From Octopus sinensis (taxonomy: Eukaryota), in the NCBI RefSeq assembly GCF_006345805.1, contig NC_042999.1:73470001-73534000 (forward strand): a stretch of 64,000 nucleotides of DNA, read 5' to 3'. A program made the position numbers and the translations under genes. The notes beneath the pieces are model-generated. The model did not search any database. It was not told where the DNA came from and worked only from the letters and a program-made list of their open reading frames with translations. Positions 57,897 to 64,000 of the stretch are shown here, in pieces (the first letter of the stretch is position 1; each line of letters opens with the position of its first letter).

Positions 57897-60800
57897 CTGT
57901 CCTGATAGAGCTGAAAAATCTATACCAAGATGATGAAAACATTTTTAATAAACGAGCATGGATGTAGCTGTGTCATTATTAAGTTTGCTTCCCAACCATA
58001 TGGTTTTAGGTTCAGTCCCACTACATGGCACCTTTGAGCAAGTATCTTCTACTGTAGCCTGAACTAACCAAATCCTTGTGAGTGGATTTCGAAGATGGAA
58101 ACTGAAAGAAGCCTGTTGTGTGTGCATGTACATGCTTCTCTCTTGGTTTAACAAAAGAAACTAATAGAATAAGTACAAGTCCGTGAACATTGGGGGTGGA
58201 GGATAGTCAATTACATCAACCCCAGAACTTGACTGGCACTTATTTTATCCATGAAAGGCAAAGTCGACCTCAATGGAATTTGAACTCAGAACATAATATC
58301 GCTAAGCTAATGATTCTACTAACTCACTACCTTAATAATGATTTCAAATTTTTGCCACAAGGGAAGCTTGGGGGAGGGGTTTAAGTCTACTACATTGACC
58401 CCAGTGCATAACTGGTACTTATTTAATCAACACTGAAAGGATGAAAGGCAAAGTCAGCTTCAGTGGAATTTGAACTAATAATAATTATAATAAAAATGGT
58501 TCGTAAATTAGGTGGAAGGCCAAAGTTTTGGTACTTCATTTTATGAGCCCCAAGTGGCAAAGTTGACTGCAGTAAGATTTGAAAAGAGAATGTAAGAGCT
58601 GGAACAAATACCGCAAAGCATTTTTTTCTGATACTCTAATGATTAATAGAAGTTCATTGTTCTAACATAATGGTTTCTGATTTAGGCACAATGCCAACAA
58701 TTTTGAGGGGAGGGGTTAATCGATACCATCAACCCTAATACTTGACTATTACTTTATTTTATCAACTCTGATAGGATGATGGGAAAAGTTGACTTTGACA
58801 GGATTTGAACATAGAAAATAAAGAGACAAGAAATACTGCAAAGCATTTTTCTAGCAGTCTAATGATGCTATCAATATAGCAGATGACATCTGCCTAAGGT
58901 GCCATACAGTGGGACTGAACCCAAGACTACACGGTTGAGAGGCAAGCTTCTTAACTACACAACCATACACAAACAAACAAACAAACAAACACACACAGAC
59001 ACACACACACACACAGAGGCTAGTCCATTGCAGGGTTACCCATTTATACCTGAGTGGATAGGAGCAATATGAAGTGAAGTGTTTTGTTCAAGAACACAAC
59101 ATACCACTCAGTCTGGGAATCAATCTTGTAATCATGAGTGCAATACCCTAACCACTAGGCCATGTGCCTTCACACACACACACACACGCATGCATACACA
59201 CAAACACATACACGCGCGCATGCACACACACACACACACACAAACTCACATACATAAAATTTTGAAGAATTAAAGGAGGAGGTTTCCTTCTATCTATTTA
59301 CTTTTTCTCATTAAACTAGCATTATTTGTATGATCAATATATTGTATTTTCCCCTCTATCAGTTTTTATAATTATTTTATAACAAGAATGATCTGAAAGA
59401 TAGCAAGCACTAAAACCACAACCTTTTTTTAATTATCTAATTAAAACATTTCAGTACACCGGACTCCTTTTTTTGTATGTAATATGTTTGTCTTGATTCT
59501 TTCTCAATCAATTGTTTGCAATACTAAAATTGAGAAGCTATTATCATAAAGTCATCTTCCATGCTGGCATAAGCTGGACAGTTTGATAGGAGCTAGCAAG
59601 CCTAGAGGACTGTACCAAGCTCTACTGTTTATTTTGGCATGGTTTTTATGGCCTTTCTAATACCAACCACTTTATAGAATGGACTGGGTGCTTTTTACAT
59701 GGCAAATATAATTTACAATATAACTTTAACAATCAAACGAAGGAAAAATAACTCTCTATAAATGCATCTATTCAATACACATATGGTTGGAACAAAATGA
59801 TTGAATGATTATAAATAAAACCAATGTCTAATTCAAATCCACTACATAAATTTTGCTGCATGTATAGAAAGTAAATAAAATTATGTATGTCCAACCCATA
59901 TCAGCATGGAAAACGAAAGTTATATGATGATGACTCCTATGTCCACCTCACTATTAAGAATGAGTAATAGATAATCTAGGTTTGTAACTTGAGATATTCT
60001 CTTAAACCAGAGCAGTTGATTCTCATGTGCATATTTAACTGATACTTCCTTAATACCTAGCTAGTCTCTCAATTTGTTTATGTTATGTGTTTCATGTAAG
60101 TTAACATTACACATCAAACAGATCATACTCAGCTCATTTCTATCAAGCCACCACAAGTTTGCTGCAATTAATGTGTATCTCTGACTAACATGCAACATTA
60201 GAATTCTTACTCATACTTCATACAGTCTGCCTTGTGCATGCAGACAGGAACCATTTTTGTGTTAACAGAGATAACAATTCTCTAAACCTCTTTCTTCCAT
60301 TACTAAAAACTAGCCTTTCACCACATTCCCCTCCAGCAGTGATTGTATCACCAAGGTAACATTAACTATCTACCACCTTGAACAAGTCATTCGAGCAGTT
60401 AATGGACTTCTTTTCATAAGGGTTCCTACTGTTAACTACTCCTGTGCCACAAATTAATGAGGGTGCTTCCATATGGTTGTTGAAACTGCTACAAATAGTA
60501 GCCTGAGTTTTCCTCAAATTTTACCATCTTAAAAATAGCAGGACAAAGGATAATGTAATTCTAGATACACTATATTTGAATAAATGATCAGATGGTCAAA
60601 GTGGAATAACGCTGAAAAATAGAGCCACTTAATAAAAGCGGTCATGGGGCTAAACAACTCCTGTATATATTATATCTGAAGACCTGGTCCTCTGTCAGCC
60701 TGGCAAAGATGCAAGTGCACATCTCATATTCCACTGCTTGCACAGAGTTCATAAATACAAAAGCATCTTTGTCTGGGTTTAAACAAGAAAAAAACATTAT

Positions 60801-61359
60801 TTCTAATACAAGCTTTTTAAACTTTTAACCACTGCACCTTGTGATAATCCATTAGAGACTCAGAAGTAAAGGGATAAGATTAGAATTCTACATCATAAAT
60901 AAAGGGTTTTGACTTGAAACCCAGACAAGGAATAAGCTTATATGTATGAAGTAGATGTTCAATAATAATTTGAAAATGAACCGATCAAAATTTAGAATAA
61001 TATGAAGACAAATGATAGGTAATATAAACAGTTTGGAAATATTAAATGAATTTAATGGTAATTCATAAATGATAGTGGTAGATCTCCATTGTCCAACAAT
61101 GAGGACACATTTGTTCAATCAACTTGTATATCAACATGTCTTTGGATCAGCAAAAACTCCATGTGAAGTGCAGCCAGATTTGGAAAGATAGAGACAATGC
61201 TTGAATGCTTATACTCCATGTTTACACCATATACTATGTCAACTTGTATACCAGAAAATATTGTATTTATTTTAGTCTCATTACATTCTGAATTTATATT
61301 CTACCAGGGTTGGCTTTACCTTTTACTCCTGCACCCATATACACCTTGGTGTCAATATA

Positions 61360-62390
61360 TAGGTACCAGTTTGGGGTCAATAAAATAAGTAGTAATTGAA
61401 CACTGGAGTCGATGTAATTGACTTAGCCCCTTCCCCAAAACTGCTGGCCTTGTGCCAAAATTTGAAACCAATATAATAAATACCAGTAATGCATTGAAGT
61501 TGATTTAATCAATAACACCCATCTGCCAAAATTTGTGACTTTCCACCAGTATTGTTATTAATTCTGGTTTCAAATTTTGGCACAAGGTCAGCAATTTTGG
61601 GGTCAGGGTAAGTCATTTACATCAACAACCCCAGCACTCAACTAGTTTTTATTTTATCAACCCTGAAAGGATGAAAAGCAAAGCTGATCTCAACGGAATT
61701 TGAACTCAGAGCATAATAACAGATGAAATGTTGCTAAGCGTAAAGATGCTTAGCAGCATTTCATCCATCATTATATTCTGAGTTCAATTGCTGCCGAGGT
61801 TGACTTTGCCTTTCATCCTTTTGGGGTCGATAAAATGAGTACCAGTTGAGCACCAAGGTTGATGTAATCAATTTTCCCCCTCCCCTGAACTTGCAGGCCT
61901 TGTGCTAAAATTTGAGAAATCAATATTAAATAAATAGAAAAAAGCAGCAAATGGCAGAATTGTTAGCATTCTAGGTAAAATGCTTAGCGGCATTTCATCT
62001 TTCAGTTCTGAATTCAAATTCCACTGAGGTCAACTTTGCCTTTCACTCTTTCAGGGTTGGTAAAATAAGTATCAGTTGAGCACATGAGTTGATGTAATCG
62101 ACTTAGACCCTCCCCTCAAAATTACTAGCCTTGTGCCAAAATTTGAAACTGATATTAAATAAATTAAATGTGGTGAGTTGACAGAATCAGTAGAATATCA
62201 GACAAAATGCTTAGCAGTATTTCTTCTGGCTTTTTACATTCTGAGCCAAAATCCCAATAAGGTCAACTGCCTTTCATCCTTTTGGAGTCAACGGAACAAA
62301 GTACTAAGCAAGTACTGGGGTTGATGTAATTGTTTCCCCCTCCCCTCCCTTGAAACTGCCTGATTTTGTGCCAAAATCAGAAGGAAACAT
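61360..62390. mobile_element. Cluster of about 5 MetaSINE-like copies including a head-to-head inverted pair
   Basis: Repeated tttgcctttcatcc...gataaaat.agtaccag domain; minus copy 61570-61739 faces plus copy 61748-61920. Confidence 0.8.
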
Positions 62391-62728
62391 TAAATAAATA
62401 AAAAAAAAAAAAAATAAAGATTATTATTTATGAAAATTCAGTCTGGCTTACAGTAACGTCTCCACTCACAAGTAGTGGAGATGTTACTTGAGTTCTATCA
62501 ATAGATTTGCTATTTTAGGACAGTCATTGACAGAATCAATAAGACATTGGACAAAATGCGTTGCAGTCTATAGTTATGTTTCTTTCTGTTATGAGTTCAA
62601 ATTACAAAGGAGCTGACTTTACCTTCAACCCCTCTTAAATTAATAACATAAACATTATTCAACTACTGGAACCCATTAAATCAACTACGCACTCCTTCCA
62701 AATTTATAATCTTGCAACAAATATAGAA

Positions 62729-62729
<1 letters not shown>

Positions 62730-62780
<51 letters not shown>

Positions 62781-62803
62781 TTACTATTATTATTATTATT
62801 ATT
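62730..62803. repeat. (CTA)n/(TTA)n microsatellite
   Basis: Direct reading. Confidence 0.95.
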
Positions 62804-63844
62804 TCAGTAATGTTATTTTTATTGTGCTCTTTTTTTTAATGCACAGCTAAGCACACAGCTACACACAGCTGCATGTGTTGGTTATGTGCAGTGTTTTGTT
62901 TTATTTTTGCAATTTACTCTCCTGTTGAAACTACTTCACCTAATATCAGAGCAGTTCCTAGTAGGGCTAATTTATTCATGTTATGTATAAGCCAGTCCTG
63001 AAGTTTTGGTTATATATTTATTTGTGTTTTTTAATCAGCCCCAAAGTATCTATTTGTTTCTGTTTTTTTTTTAATCTCCACATTCTTTATTTTTATCCAC
63101 TTCATTTTCCCTTATCAGCAACATCATTTAACACCAGGCTTCAATACTAGCGTGGGTTGGATGGTTTGGAGGATCTGATGAGCCAAAGGACTGCATCATT
63201 TAGAAAATACATCAAGAGTGTCGTTCCTTCAAATAAGAATTCAGTATATCTTGGAAGAACATGCATAAAATGATTCAAATTTAACAACAATGTTCATGAT
63301 TATTGAAAGTATTCAAGGTTCACAGAAAAAATAACATTCAATGGCAAGTATGCATAAAAGTGTTTAGATTTCACAAGGTTGTTCAAAGTAATGAGTTACT
63401 AACATTGGTGAATGGGCAGAAACATTAGATCAACAAACAAAATACCTTGTGATATTTATTCTGAGTTTGAATCCCACAGAAGTCAACTTTGCCTTTTATC
63501 CTTCTGAGGGTCATAAAATAAAGTACCAGTCAAGTACTGAAGTCATTATAAGCAACTCTACCCATCATCTAAATCAGAAATGAGCCAGCCAATGCTAGAA
63601 ACAATTACTATAATTACTATTAATGTTGTTTATTGTGTATGGTCACATTTCACAGAGTTTAATTTACTCAAGGTTATTTGATGAAAAAAAGAATTTGAAG
63701 GGTTCTTTCAACTAGCAAAGGTTTCAGAATATTTAAATGTCCATCCCATTATGCTAGATTGGAAAAGAAAGTTTATCATTAAACATTTTTATGACATATA
63801 CCTAATTTTGTAAACATCTACAGGGCTCTGCATCCATGTGTGAA

Positions 63845-64000
63845 ATGTCCTTACTTCATGTGTACAAAAGGAGTAAGCAGAAGTACCATCAAATGTACCT
63901 TGTACAAACTATAGACACACAAGAAATGTAGTAGAATCATTGGTACATTAACTGTGAAAGTAGACTATGTATGCGACAGATGTTTCTGAAGCAATATACA
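63845..64000 (+). mobile_element. Old RTE fragment covering the PHD-finger region
   Basis: Collinear with 4258-4410 (aaaggagtaagcagaag...gacacacaagaaatgtag...tatgcgacagatg), with stops. Confidence 0.7.

Noticed and set aside
60684-60772. Possible minus-strand exon KDAFVFMNSVQAVEYEMCTCIFARLTEDQ after a good polypyrimidine acceptor
   Set aside because: Weak donor (GTCTTC), no recognisable family and no partner exons found; needs RNA-seq or tBLASTx

Overview
AT-rich, repeat-dense eukaryotic DNA. The SINE/RTE repertoire and microsatellites suggest an octopus or other cephalopod; this is inference. One protein-coding gene is recognisable, on the minus strand. I assembled 16 GT-AG coding exons by hand (37848 down to 6235; 1934 nt, 644 codons plus 2 nt, all intron phases compatible). 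They encode a signal peptide, a propeptide ending in RLRR, an M8 (leishmanolysin-family) zinc metallopeptidase (HELFH, SHW, Met-turn) and a C-terminal SEA-like module (RRGSIIVTF). By remembered motifs the protein is closer to CIROP/LMLN2 than to LMLN/invadolysin. The final exon(s) must lie left of position 1. The rest is mobile DNA: a young 5'-truncated RTE LINE with an intact 938-aa frame and a PHD finger inside the RT, decayed RTE/CR1/Tx1-like pieces, two Tc1 relics, piggyBac and hAT MITEs, several SINE families and several foldback palindromes. The most unusual signals are hammerhead-ribozyme motifs. One is a near-canonical type I hammerhead with a long helix I inside a 329-bp tandem unit (retrozyme-like, 50.5-50.9 kb). 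The other is a 490-bp palindrome of two divergent tRNA-Ser-like heads, each followed by a minimal Penelope-type hammerhead (23.7-24.2 kb). No coding exon could be supported between 38 and 64 kb.
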